Part shown: one piece after another, positions 40,279-52,794 of the stretch
How positions within the stretch are numbered: the first letter of the stretch is position 1
Layout: every line of letters begins with the position of its first letter
DNA from: the human T2T-CHM13v2.0 reference genome, Homo sapiens
Reading direction: 5' to 3' (one strand)
Assembly: GCF_009914755.1 (NCBI RefSeq)
Contig: NC_060939.1
Length of the DNA stretch: 64,000 nucleotides
Made by a program: the position numbers and the translations under genes
The notes under the pieces: generated by a model
Told to the model about the DNA's origin: nothing
What the model saw: the letters and a program-made list of their open reading frames with translations, nothing else
The model's database searches: none

Positions 40279-43200
40279 GTAGGGACTGGCAGAGGGCACG
40301 GAGAGCACTAGCGTGGCCTTGAGTGATATTGTGGGGACAGGAGAAAGACCAGATTCTTGCCCATTGGGTTTCTCTGGCCTGGGAGAGCCAGCGTGGAGTG
40401 AGGAAGATGGTGCAAGCCCATGGGCAGGGAAGGGGATGGGTCCAGAAGTAAAAGAGAGGTCAGCAAGCCTGGGTTTCTTCAGGCACTACTGCTTCTCTGC
40501 ACTCTACATAAGTCAGCCTCTAGTTCATTATCTAGAAAAAGCCACTCACCCAGATGATTCTCAGTTCTGTGTTCCTGATGACATCCCTAGCATATACTGA
40601 AAGGAAACTTTCTAGTGCTCTGAGACACAAAGGCCCCCTCTCTGTTTTAGATGGTCCTAAGCATTGTGATTATCTTGCTGAGGAATGTTTTCCCAGCCTG
40701 CCTAGAAAGAGAGCATAGTACACAGTGGAAATAACGTGGACTTTAGGATAGTATTATTATAGAAATCCAGTTTGTCATTTCCCAGCTGTGTGACCTTGTT
40801 CAAGTTACCTTTCCTCTCTGAGCCTTAATTTCTTCAGCTATAAAATGGTGATAGTCCTACCTACAGAGCTGCTAGGATTGAATAAGATGAAGATAAGATG
40901 CTTAGTATAAAATTTATGGAAAGTAGTGAGAATATGTTTGTTTCAGGTCTTCAGACCTCTGAATTCTTCCTCCTGATTTCAACATTTGTTGTTAGCAGAG
41001 TATAACTCTATGCCTTAACTATAGCCACATTTACATGTGAAACACAATAGAGCGGGTGGTTGGTAGGGCAAGATGTGCAATAAGAAAAATCAAAAAGTGC
41101 TAGAATTTGTCAGTTCTTAAGACTCTTGAAGTCTCTAGTGAATGCTTGAAATATCACCTCTTATCTATGCAAGATATCATAATAGGACATCAGAAAAAAA
41201 ACTGTGTAAAGAAGGGGCCATGGAAAGAGTCATTAGTTATCTAATTTGACTATAGATTGATAGGTTCCTGCCAATTATAAGGAATCATCAGAAAACATAC
41301 CTTCTTTCCTCTTGTAGCTGTAACATTTGTGCCTGTGTGGCCCTCAAAAGATGAATGTTCATACTTAGCTGTGTCCTCATCTTCCATTGCAGGAAGTCAT
41401 GGACGATTTCTAAATTAGAAAAATCAAGAAATCAATATAAACATATTATTTAGAAATACTAGAAGAAACTGCTAAAAGAGTTGAAAGTGGTTACCTTTGG
41501 AGAGGTATGTGGTAGAAAGTGAAGTTGGGAATGGGTAGGACAGGGAACAACTGTGTTTTGTTTTACATCTTGTAATACTATTGGTCTTTTTAAACTAGGT
41601 CCAAGTATTTATTGAAAACAAAAATTTATTTAAAAAATGAATAGTTATGATAACCTCATTAACTACCTCAGGCAAAAGAGAGAATAACAGTATTTTGATT
41701 AAAGCATAACGTCACATTAAAGCCCATTATACGTAGTGATTTTTTCCTTCCTACTCCTAGCCTTTATTTAATTTCCAAGTGTTTAGAGGTTTTTCTGCTG
41801 TCTTTCTACTATTGATTTTTTAGTTTGATTCCATTATGGTCAGAGAACATACTCTGTATGATTTCAGTCCTTTTGAAATTTTAAGGTTTGTTTTTATATC
41901 CCAGGATATCCTTTTTGGTGAGTGTTCTACGAGTATTCAAAAAGAACATATATTCTGCTATTATCATGTAAAGTGGGCTCTATAAATACCAGTTAGATCC
42001 CTATTAGTTGATGGTGGTGTTCCAGTCTTTTGAATGAATATCTTTGTTAATTTTCTGCCTGGCAGTTTTCTCAGTTGCCGAGAGTGAGGTTCTTAACAGT
42101 AATTATGGATTTTTCTACTTTTTCTTTCAGCTCTCAGTTTTTGTTTCATGTAATTTGAAGCTTTGTTGTTTGATGCCTGTACATTTAAGATTCCTCTATC
42201 TTAACAGAGAAGTTGTTTTTTCCTTATGTAATGTTATTTTCTGTTAGTAATTTTTGTTTTTCTCTGAAGTCTACTGTATCTAATGTTGACATAGCCACCA
42301 ATGCTTTTTATAAAACTAATGTGGGCATGATACATCTTTTTCCATCCTTTTATTTTCAACTTGCATATACTGTTATATTTGAAATGAATTCTTGTAGAGA
42401 GCATAATTAGTTGGGTTATATTTTTTTAATCCATTCTATCTCAGTTTTAATTGGTATATTTACACTATATTTAAGCTAATTATTGATATGTTAGGGCCCA
42501 AGTCTATCATTTTGTAGTTTTTCTGTTTGTCCACTTTATTTCTCTCTCTCTTTTTTTTTTTTTTTTTGCCTTTTCTGTGGGTTACTTGGACACCTTTTTA
42601 GAGTTTGTTTGCTTTGTGTGTTACGTTTTGAGCATATCACTTTGTGTAGTGTTCTTAGTGGTTATTTTGGATATTACCATGTCCATATGAAATTAAACAC
42701 AGTCTACTGGTAATGGCTTTTCCCCCTTAAGTGTAGAAACCTTACTTCCATTTAGGTCTTTTTACCTACCCACTCCCCACACTTTTTGAGTATAATTATT
42801 TAAATATTTTTTCAGTATACACATAAGATGGTTATTTTGTCTATAACCACATAAGATGGTGTTACAGCTTCTGCTTTGAACACAAAATGTGATGAAAGAA
42901 ACTCATGAGGTGAAGAACCGTCTATTACACTTCCCTTTATTTTTATCTACCCCATTGTTCTTCTTGCCTTTCTAAAGTTCCCAGCCTTCTTCTGTTATCA
43001 TTTTGTGTTTGGAGAGCTTCCTTTAGCTATTTGTTAAGGGTACATCTGCTAGCAACAAATTGACTTTGTGTTTTTTTCCTCTGAGAATGTTATTATTTCC
43101 CCTTCATTCATGAAGGATAATTTTGCCAGGTACAGCATTTGGGATTGACAGTTCCTTTCTTTTAGTATCTGAAAAGTGTCATGCCACTTCTTTCTTACCT

Positions 43201-43326
43201 CCATGGTTTCTAATGATAAATTTGCTGTCATTCAAGTTGGTGTCAATTTGTAGGTAATATGTCATTTTTCTGTGGCTGTTTTTAAGATATTTTTATCTCT
43301 AGTTTTCAAAATTCTTGGTATGGGCT

Positions 43327-43330
<4 letters not shown>

Positions 43331-43372
<42 letters not shown>

Positions 43373-44570
43373 GGCTGACCCTCCCTCCTCCCTCCCGGAC
43401 GGGGCAGCTGGCCAGGCGGGGGGCTGACCCCCCCCCACCTCCCTCCCGGATGGGGCGGCTGGCCGGGCGGGGGGCTGACCCCCCCACCTCCCTCCCGGAC
43501 GGGGCGGCTGGCCGGGCAGAGGGGCTCCTCACTTCCCAGTAGGGGCGGCCGGGCAGAGGCGCCCCTCACCTCCCGGACGGGGCGGCCGGCCGGGCGGGGG
43601 GCTGACCCCCCCCCACCTCCCTCCCGGACGGGGCGGCTGGCCAGGCAGGGGGCTGACCCCCCCACCTCCCTCCCGGACGGGGTGGCTGCCAGGCGGAGAC
43701 GCTCCTCACTTCCCAGACGGGGTGGCTGCCGGGCGGAGAGGCTCCTCACTTCTCAGACAGGGCGGCTGCCGGGCGGAGGGGCTCCTCACTTCTCAGACGG
43801 GGCGGCCGGGCAGAGACGCTCTTCACCTCCCAGACGGGGTCGCGGCCGGGCAGAGGCGCTCCTCACATCCCAGACGGGGCGGCGGGACAGAGGCGCTCCC
43901 CACATCTCAGACGATGGGCGGCCGGGCAGAGACGCTTCTCACTTCCTAGATGTGATGGCGGCCGGCCGGGAAGAGGCGCTCCTCACTTCCTAGATGGGAT
44001 GGCGGCCGGGCAGAGATGCTCCTCACTTTCCAGACTGGGCAGCCAGGCAGAGGGGCTCCTCATATCCCAGACGATGGGCGGCCAGGCAGAGACGCTCCTT
44101 ACTTCCCAGACGGGGTGGCGGCCGGGCAGAGGCTGCAATCTCGGCACTTTGGGAGGCCAAGGCAGGCAGCTGGGAGGTGGATGTTGTAGCGAGCCGAGAT
44201 CACGCCACTGCACTCCAGCCTCGGCACCATTGAGCACTGAGTGAACCAGACTCCGTCTGCAATCCCGGCACCTCGGGAGGCCGAGGCTGGCGGATCACTC
44301 GCGGTTAGGAGCTGGAGACCAGCCCGGCCAACACAGCGAAACCCCGTCTCCACCAAAAAAAATACGAAAACCAGTCAGGCGTGGCGGTGCGCGCCTGCAA
44401 TCGCAGGCACTCGGCAGGCTGAGGCAGGAGAATCAGACAGGGAGGTTGCAGTGAGCCGAGATGGCAGCAGTACAGTCCAGCTTCGGCTCGGCATCAGAGG
44501 GAGACCGTGGAAAGAGAGGGGGAGGGAGACCGTGGGAGAGGGAGAGGGGGAGGGGGAGGGGAGGGGGAGG
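43331..44570 (-). mobile_element. SVA retrotransposon, antisense: hexamer + Alu-like + VNTR + poly(A), no SINE-R
   Basis: (CCCTCT)-type repeats near 44510-44570, Alu-like region about 44130-44500, GC-rich VNTR 43373-44130, poly(T) 43331-43368; TSD ggtatgggcttctt at 43317-43330 and 44571-44584. Confidence 0.95.
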
Positions 44571-45189
44571 GGTATGGGCTTCTTAAGATTTCTTCTATTT
44601 GGAGTTCACTCAGCTTCTTGAATTTGTGGGTTTAAGTCTTCACTAATTTGGGGAAGTTTTCAGTCATTATTTCTTCAGCTACTCTATTTTTATCCAACAC
44701 TGTCCTCTCCTGTTACTCTGATGATATTAATGTTAGATCTTTTGTTACTGTCCTATAAGTCCGTGAAGCTCTGTTTTTTAGTTTCTTTTCTCTATATTGT
44801 TCAGATTGACTAAATTCTGTTGATCTATTTTCAGGTTTACTGATTTTATTTTTTATTATCTCCACACTACTATTTAGTCTATCCTGTGAGTTTTAAAATT
44901 TTGGTTATCGCCTTTTTCAGTTCTGTAATTTCCATTTGGTTCTTTTTTATGACTTCTGTTTCTTTGTTTGAACTTTTTATTCTTTAAAATTTGCTGCAAG
45001 AGAATTTGCAATTTATTGGTGAAGCATTTTTATGATGGTTGCTTTAAAATCCTTATAATTCCAATATCTGATTTATTTCAGTGTTGGCATGAGTTGATGA
45101 TCTATCATTCATATTGTGGGTGTCCTGGCTCTCGATATGAATATTTATTTTTTTAAGACATCCTAGACATCTTGGTTATTAGGAGACCT

Positions 45190-45472
45190 GTTTTTTTTGG
45201 AGACAGTCTCTCACTCTGTTGCCCAAGCTGGAGTGTAGTGGTGTGATCATAGCTCACCTCCTGGGCTCAAGCGATCCTCCTCCCTCAGCCTCTTGAGGAG
45301 CTGGAACTGCAGGCTCATGCCACTATGCCTGGCTAATTAAAAAAAAAAAAATTTATAGAGGTGAAGTCTCACCATGTTGCCCAGGCTGGTCTTGAACTCC
45401 TGGGCACAAGTGATCCTCTCGCCTCAACCTCCCAAAGTGGTGGGATCACAGGTATGAGCACTGTGCCCAGCC
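45190..45472 (-). mobile_element. Alu (AluJ-like)
   Basis: Antisense Alu, ctcctgggctcaagcgatcctcc. Confidence 0.85.
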
Positions 45473-46339
45473 CATTGGGAGACTTCTGATCTTACTGAAA
45501 TATTCTGTTATAGCAGGTGGCCACTTTGTTCAAGTTTAGCGTGTAGTATTCTGGCCTACTTTTCAGGGCTTAAGTTGCAATGACAGTTTTATTCTCTGAG
45601 CCCTTTCATTGCTATTCTGGACTGATTTTTTCTTTTGACACTAAGGTTCCTGCTCAAACCCTGTTGGTTCTGTCGATGAAGGCAGAAGGCACTTCCCTGG
45701 GCTACCTGCTATTGCTGGGTGACCTTCGTTGCAGGAAGCAGAGGGCACTGGAGCTGAGTCTCTTTAAGCCACTGGCTAGAGGGCAGGGAGACACAGGGCT
45801 TTACTGTGGCTGCTGCAGCAAAAGGGTCAGACCATCCACCTGCCTGGGTTGTGGAACAGGGCCTGGGAGGGTCTGAGGTTTCCCTGCTCTGCAGCTTCCT
45901 GTGAATATCAGCCCAGGTTGTTGAGCTGGAGTTGGAGCTCCTGACTAGTTCCCCAAATTAGTCTCTCTTGGGCTCCCCTTCTCCTAGTTCTTTGACTAAA
46001 AGCATGCTTTTCAGGAACTGCTTACTGGAGGTTCCAATGTTCAGGCCTCTACAACTCTTAGTCTTGGGGGTATATGGGATAGGAAAGAAGCCCAAGAACT
46101 CAACCACATTGTGGTTTTGCAAGTTCTGAGCCCCCCAGCCAGTCTGTCTTCTCAGTTTTCAGAGCTCTTTTACCATTGTTGAATATTGTTGAATAAATTT
46201 TAGGATATTCATTTGTATTTAGAGAGGAGGAGCAGGGAAAATGAAGTCTATGTCATATTGTTCTAGAGCTGGACCTGCTAGCCTTTAAAATGCTGATATA
46301 TCTGATTTGGCTATATTTCCTCCATTGCTGTCTTTTCAG

Positions 46340-46441
46340 GATTTTGGGGAGTATCAGGAAAGCTACTATTCAGTACAAACCACCGAGGGAGAGCAGATAT
46401 CCCAGCTGATTGCAGGCTACATTGACATCATCCTGAAAAAG
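46340..46441 (+). CDS. TLN2: Talin-2 coding exon 10 (c.1114-1215), F3 C-terminal part
   Basis: tttcag|GATTTT...AAAAAG|gtattt; DFGEYQESYYSVQTTEGEQISQLIAGYIDIILKK. Confidence 0.98.
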
Positions 46442-46547
46442 GTATTTTGTATTGATGCAAATTGGAAAAGCAAGACGGCTTTATTAAAAGGCTTGGTTTC
46501 GATGACGTGGCTACCTTGAAAAAAAAATCCTCTTAAATAATACTTGA

Positions 46548-46873
<326 letters not shown>

Positions 46874-47448
46874 TCACTAATTAAGTGTGAGATCTTTGAC
46901 CTCAAGATCCTTTGAGAATTCCTGCTTTTTCTGCAGCACATATTTGTGTCATTTACTACCAGGCAGTGAACAATAGCATGTCACTTAGCTAATGAATGAG
47001 CCTAGCACCCCTCAGCATCTTCCTCTCCACGTAGCTGTACTGTGCTTTTCAGCCTCTGTGGGAACTTGGATTGAGGGGCCAAAAATGATCTTTGTAGTTT
47101 TCATGTTTTTTTTTTTAAACAAATGTAATGGGGTTATATGCCATAGTGGTATATAGAAAAACAGATTTCTTAAGGCTTCAAGATACAGCCCATTCAAAAA
47201 ACCAAGATTTAATAGAATGTTAATATGTGCATCTTGATTTTTTACTATGTAAAATTAAAGTCTGTGCAATAAATACGTGACATCTAACTATATATTAAAT
47301 CATATATTTCTCTTTTTTATTATTATGCTTTTGTTCATCCATCGCTTACTAAATATCCAGTATAAAGAATTTTGAGTAAACTTCAACACTTTGACTTGTG
47401 TCCCTTCAAAATGTTTTTTTAAAGGTCCTTGTATGAAGACCTGCTGAT

Positions 47449-47764
47449 TTTCTTTCTTTTTTTTTTTTTTTTTTGAGACAGAGTCTCCCTCAGTCGCCCA
47501 GGCTGGAGTGCAGTGGCGCTGTCTCGGCTCACTGCAGGCTCCGCCTCCCAGTTCAAGCAATTCTCCTGCCTCAGCTTCCGGTGTAGCTGGGATTACAGGC
47601 TCCTGTCACCATGCCAGGCTGATTTATGTATATATATATTTTTTATTAGAGACGGGGTCTCACTGTGTTGACCAGGTTTGTCTCGAACTCCTGACCTCAA
47701 GTGATCCGCCCGTCTCAGCCTCCCAAAGTGCTGGGATTAGAGGCGTGAGCCACCGCGCGTGGCC
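47449..47764 (-). mobile_element. Alu (AluS-like), abutting the exon 11 acceptor region
   Basis: Poly(T) plus antisense dimer ending ...caccgcgcgtggcc. Confidence 0.92.
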
Positions 47765-47803
47765 TGGTTTTCATTTTTGCATCTTGTTTTATTGCATTTC
47801 CAG

Positions 47804-47880
47804 AAACAAAGTAAAGATCGATTTGGACTAGAAGGTGATGAGGAGTCAACCATGTTAGAAGAGTCCGTTTCCCCAAAAAA
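47804..47880 (+). CDS. TLN2: Talin-2 coding exon 11 (c.1216-1292), head-rod linker
   Basis: ttccag|AAACAA...CCAAAAAA|gtaagt; [25 protein letters not shown](K). Confidence 0.97.
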
Positions 47881-48790
47881 GTAAGTATTATGAAGAGTAC
47901 TAGAGGACCACCTTCTCCCTAGATAGGTAGGTTTCCTCTTGCCAGCTTGGAGCCTGCTGCTCTGAAGCCTGTCACCTGGAGAAGATGACAGCAGATGATA
48001 TAGTTGAATCTTCTTCAAGCGTGGTCCCCAGACCAGCAGCATTGAAGTGGCAGACGTCTCGTGAGGGAGGCTGAGGATTTTAGGGAAACATTGACCAAGG
48101 TGTGGCATTTTAACTGCGTCTTTTGAGGCAGTAAGTGTTCATGAGTCCTGTTCTGCATTTCTGATTTAAATCTCATGATCGAATCATGATCATTGAGCCG
48201 TACCGTCAGGAGGTCAGAGGATGAGCCTCTGTTTGATTCTGGCCCCTTTTGTGGGAGGAGGGAGTGCAGCCAGTGGCGGAGTTACGGTGAAGCACTGCTG
48301 CATGCCACGCTTGTCTCGAGTGCTGTGAGGTAGCATAGTGCAGGCGAGTGGTTAAGAATATGGACTCAAATCTGGGGTCTCTGTTTCACTGTGTGGCCCT
48401 GGGAAAGTTACTAAATTCTCTTCTGGCATGAGCTTATCTATAAAATGGGGATAATGATATTACCACCTAAGTAGGTTTTATTTCCATGGTAGTTACTAAT
48501 AAAGCACATAAAATAATGCCTGGCACATAGCACTTGCTATTATAACTATCATCCTCATGATCATTGTTTTAAATTCATGGTATTCTTAATTTAGCCCCAT
48601 TTATAGATGAGGAGATAGGTTTATTAAAATTAAGTAACATCTAATAAATGGCTCTTTTTGGGAAACCTATCCAGACATCCCTTTTATGTTAATAGAGCAA
48701 TGTAATGACTGTTCTTGTATGCTTTAGTGTGACATTTTGTCTCATCTGGAATTCCAATAACAACTCCCTATGCAAAAGGGAGGCCAGGGG

Positions 48791-49547
48791 TCTCAGCCAA
48801 GGAGCAACGCAGGAAGAAGTGGAAGGTCTAGCGATGGGGACAATCCTGACCATTCTTCCTGCTTGCCTTGATAAGACCCCACAGTGATGCTCTGGGCAGT
48901 GGAGGAGGCTACAGTGGTCCCAGGCAGGATCTATCTTTCCCAGTCCACGGATAAGGAAACTGAAGCTCATGAAAGTTAGTTGAGATACACATATGTGGTA
49001 GAGCCAGGACTCAGATTCAGATCTTGCGATGTTTCCCATAGTACGCTGCTAGAAAGTTCTAGCATCTTCCAATCCATTAAACTTGCTTAGCTGTAGTAGT
49101 TTCTCTAATATTTTCACCCTTGCTGCCAGTTTCTCACAATTTGCTTCCTAATCACCCAAAAGGTGTTTTTCCATTTGTCCCCACTAGTACGCAAGTTGGA
49201 ACCAAACTTGATATGATAAGTTTCTAGTACTTGCCACCCTTGGGCAGAGCACCTTAAGTCTTTGGAATTATTCATGACCATTGGATGTAAATTAGTGAGC
49301 TAGTGCTCCCTGACAGGGTGATCTGCGTCACTTCAGAGGACTCTGCTGTGCTTTGCTTCCCATAGGAGCGGCCCAGTAAGTGTCTGAGCCCAGAGGGCTG
49401 GGACCTTCCCCTGCCTGGGATCACTGTAGCCTCCTCCACTGCCCACAGCATCACTGTGGGGTCTGATCAAGGCAAGCAGGAAGAATGGTCAGGATCGTTC
49501 CCATCGCTAGACCTTCCACTTCTTCCTCCATTGGTCCTTGGCTGAGA
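48791..49547. repeat. 138-bp inverted repeat (arms 48791-48928 and 49410-49547, 481-nt spacer)
   Basis: Manual reverse-complement alignment: 130/138 identical, no gaps; also seen as the same peptide MVRIVPIARPSTSS in opposite-strand ORFs. Confidence 0.95.
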
Positions 49548-49912
49548 TCTCAGAATGCAACTGACTTCTTACTGGAGCCTCCAGACCAACCTTCCCTGGT
49601 GTCTCACCACCCCACCCCTAGACTGCAGTGTTTCTCCATGGATGCCTGTTGCTTGGGATCCCCGCGTGGCTATCGAGCCTTGCTCTGGGCAACAGGGTGC
49701 GAGGGCCCTGGGACAGAGGTCCCTGTCTCTTCATGCAGCTGCACCTCCACCTTCCTTCCGCCTCACAACACACACAGACCCTGTTTGTAGGTTTGTCCAC
49801 TGGGCTTCTGAGGAACATATGCCACCCTCAGACTTTTTACCTTCAGATGATCAGCGTCCTTTGCACTTATTCTTCATTCTAAGACAATATGAAGTAAAAA
49901 ATGCAATTTTTT

Positions 49913-50231
<319 letters not shown>

Positions 50232-50609
50232 TTAGATACCTTAAGAATCTTCCCAATATTTAGTTGAAAGCATTTGGGGAAGGTTCCAAAGCCTCACATG
50301 GTTGAGGCTCTAGAGGCGATGAAACATCCTCTGTGGTCAATGGTGGTGGACCTGAGGACCCGAGGGAGGGGAGCTAAGATGTGGGAGATTTTCCCCTAGC
50401 TTCATTTCCACATTTCCCCTTTCAAGCTAAAGATAAATGATCTGTATCTCTGATGCCTAGAATGGAACCTGGCACAAGGTTGATACTTGTTTAATGAATG
50501 TTCTTTCAGATATTATTTACCAAAAATAATATATCAACATATCAATACATTCACTTAAAACCTGGAACATCATTATTATGGGAATCTCTGTGTTGTTGTC
50601 ATTTTCTCT

Positions 50610-50895
50610 TCTTGAGACAGAGTCTCACTCTTTTGCCCAGGCTGGAGTACAGTGGCGCGATCATAGCTCACTGCAGCCTCAGGCTCCTGGGCTCAGGTGA
50701 TCCTCTCACCTCATCCTCTTGAATAGCTAGGACTATAGGCATGTACCACCACTCGGGACTGAGTTGTTGAATTTTTTGTAGAGACGAGGTCTCATTATGT
50801 TGCCCAGGCTGGTCTTGAACTCCTAACTTCAAGGAATCCTTCCCATTTGGCCTCCAAAAGGGCTGGGATTACAGGGGTGAGATACTGCACCCGGC
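50610..50895 (-). mobile_element. Alu (AluJ-like)
   Basis: Diverged antisense Alu. Confidence 0.85.
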
Positions 50896-51175
50896 CTTGT
50901 TTTTTAAATAACAACTAATTGCATAATACCATAAATCTATTAAGTAGATAAATTGGGAGTAATTATTTACATTACTTATCATAAAAGGATTCATCTCAGA
51001 GCTCTGCTAAGTGTTGTAATGCCACTTCTTCATTCCTGCTTCTCAGTCTGTATGTGCCTCTTTCAGTTGGCCTTCACAGCATAAAGCAGGGAACATACGT
51101 GACATCTGTGGGGTCTCCTCATTGCACTCCACATGGCTGGTGTTCTCTCAGTGACCAAACCACTTTTCCCGGCAG

Positions 51176-51356
51176 GTCCACCATCTTGCAGCAGCAGTTC
51201 AACCGGACCGGGAAGGCAGAGCACGGCTCAGTGGCGCTGCCGGCCGTGATGCGCTCGGGCTCCAGCGGGCCTGAGACCTTCAACGTTGGCAGCATGCCCT
51301 CGCCACAGCAGCAGGTCATGGTTGGGCAGATGCACCGAGGCCACATGCCGCCACTG
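51176..51356 (+). CDS. TLN2: Talin-2 coding exon 12 (c.1293-1473), linker into R1
   Basis: cggcag|GTCCACC...CCACTG|gtgagg; (K)STILQQQFNRTGKAEHGSVALPAVMRSGSSGPETFNVGSMPSPQQQVMVGQMHRGHMPPL. Confidence 0.96.
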
Positions 51357-52241
51357 GTGAGGCTTCCTGTGCTCGTCCCCCACTCGTTAGTCTGCTGCCT
51401 CCCGCATGCAGGGTGGACACCAGCGGCGGTGATGGGCTGAGTGTTGGAACGCTCTCTATTTCCCGGCTGAACCATGCCTCGTTCAGCTGTGCATTTTTTA
51501 AATTGGATGACTCGGATCACTGCCTGTTTAGTATCGGAGGTGTCCTCTGTGACTGGAAAATTAGGGAGCTCTTAACATGACTTGTGTACAGGGACAGAAC
51601 TCTGCTCCCGTGTCCTGGCAGCATCAAGCTGATTGGGCCAGATACCCCTAGGAAAGTCTGAGAAGTCGACCAGGTTTTTAGTGATTTTGAGGTTTCACGC
51701 TGGGAGTCATTGATTCCTTTCCACTGTGCTGGTCTGTCCGGCTCAGTGCCTCTCAGGCCGGCCTTGGGACTCCCTTGCTATTGTGTGAGAACTTTTCGAA
51801 AGCTCAGGAACAACACTTGTCTCTGAAAAAGTACATTGACCGTAGATTTAGATGGAGTCCTTAAGTGTCTATCAGGAAGCATTCTCATTTAACACCCACG
51901 TGTTTCCTGTGCGTGAGGAGGTCCTCAGTACTCAAAGATTGGATCACCCCAGTTCCCCAGCAAGGACTCTTCTGAGCCTTCTTGTCAGCTAATTAAGCTC
52001 TTCACACACTTCTGATTATAATCCCTCCGTGGCAATCACCTTCATTTTGTGTTCTATTAATATAATGCAGTATCTATTTCTGGCCTCCAGGTTGAAATGG
52101 GAGATGGTTGAGGCGCTTGTTGAGATGTAGCCTGGGCTGCTTTGTCTTGAGTGCAGAGTTCTGTTTTGCTTTGTTTTGCATAAAGGGCCATGTCGGTCCC
52201 AGGCGTGTGGGATGACAGCTTTGTTTCATTTGCCTTTGCAG

Positions 52242-52355
52242 ACCTCAGCCCAGCAGGCCCTGATGGGGACCATCAACACAAGCATGCACGCCGTCCAGCA
52301 GGCCCAGGATGATCTCAGTGAGCTCGACTCGCTGCCACCTCTCGGCCAGGATATG
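52242..52355 (+). CDS. TLN2: Talin-2 coding exon 13 (c.1474-1587), R1
   Basis: ttgcag|ACCTCA...GATATG|gtaaat; TSAQQALMGTINTSMHAVQQAQDDLSELDSLPPLGQDM. Confidence 0.98.
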
Positions 52356-52794
52356 GTAAATACTGTTCAGTGGTTTTCATGCCAAGTCTCTGCCCTGGCA
52401 GAAAGCAGGGTTATATACTCTGTCGGGATTCATCTAGGTAAATTTCTATCTCTAGGTGAAATGGAAACCCATGATTTTTTCAGGATATTGAGTCTTTGTC
52501 TCTCAGTTGCACCCATAGGAGGAGAGAATCATAGGGTACTGCTGGCTGTTGGCAGTACCACGGGTGGGCTGAGAACTTGAACCCTAGGATCCTGTGACCT
52601 GGGTTCAAACACCAGCTCCAGTACTGGCTGTGTGAATCTGGGCTACTTGCCTTCTCTATTCCTCCACTTTGTCATCTGTAAATAGAGTTGTTATGAAGAT
52701 GCAATGATCTAATCACCTGTAGAGTTCTTAGCACAGCCCCTCGCACATAGTAAGAGCTCAGTAAGCATTAGCTGTTTGTTAGTTTTATTGCTAC

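Larger units (their letters stand above)
41760..46270 (-). mobile_element. Old antisense L1 (L1M-type, ORF2 5' part to ORF1/5' region), interrupted by SVA and Alu
   Basis: T-rich L1 remnants (ttgattccattatggtcagagaacatactctgtatgatttc; cttcattcatgaaggataattttgcc; tttggggaagttttcagtcattatttcttc); boundaries approximate. Confidence 0.7.

Noticed and set aside
43299-44621. Cluster of overlapping 75-147 aa ORFs on both strands
   Set aside because: They arise from the stop-poor GC-rich SVA VNTR and Alu-like region
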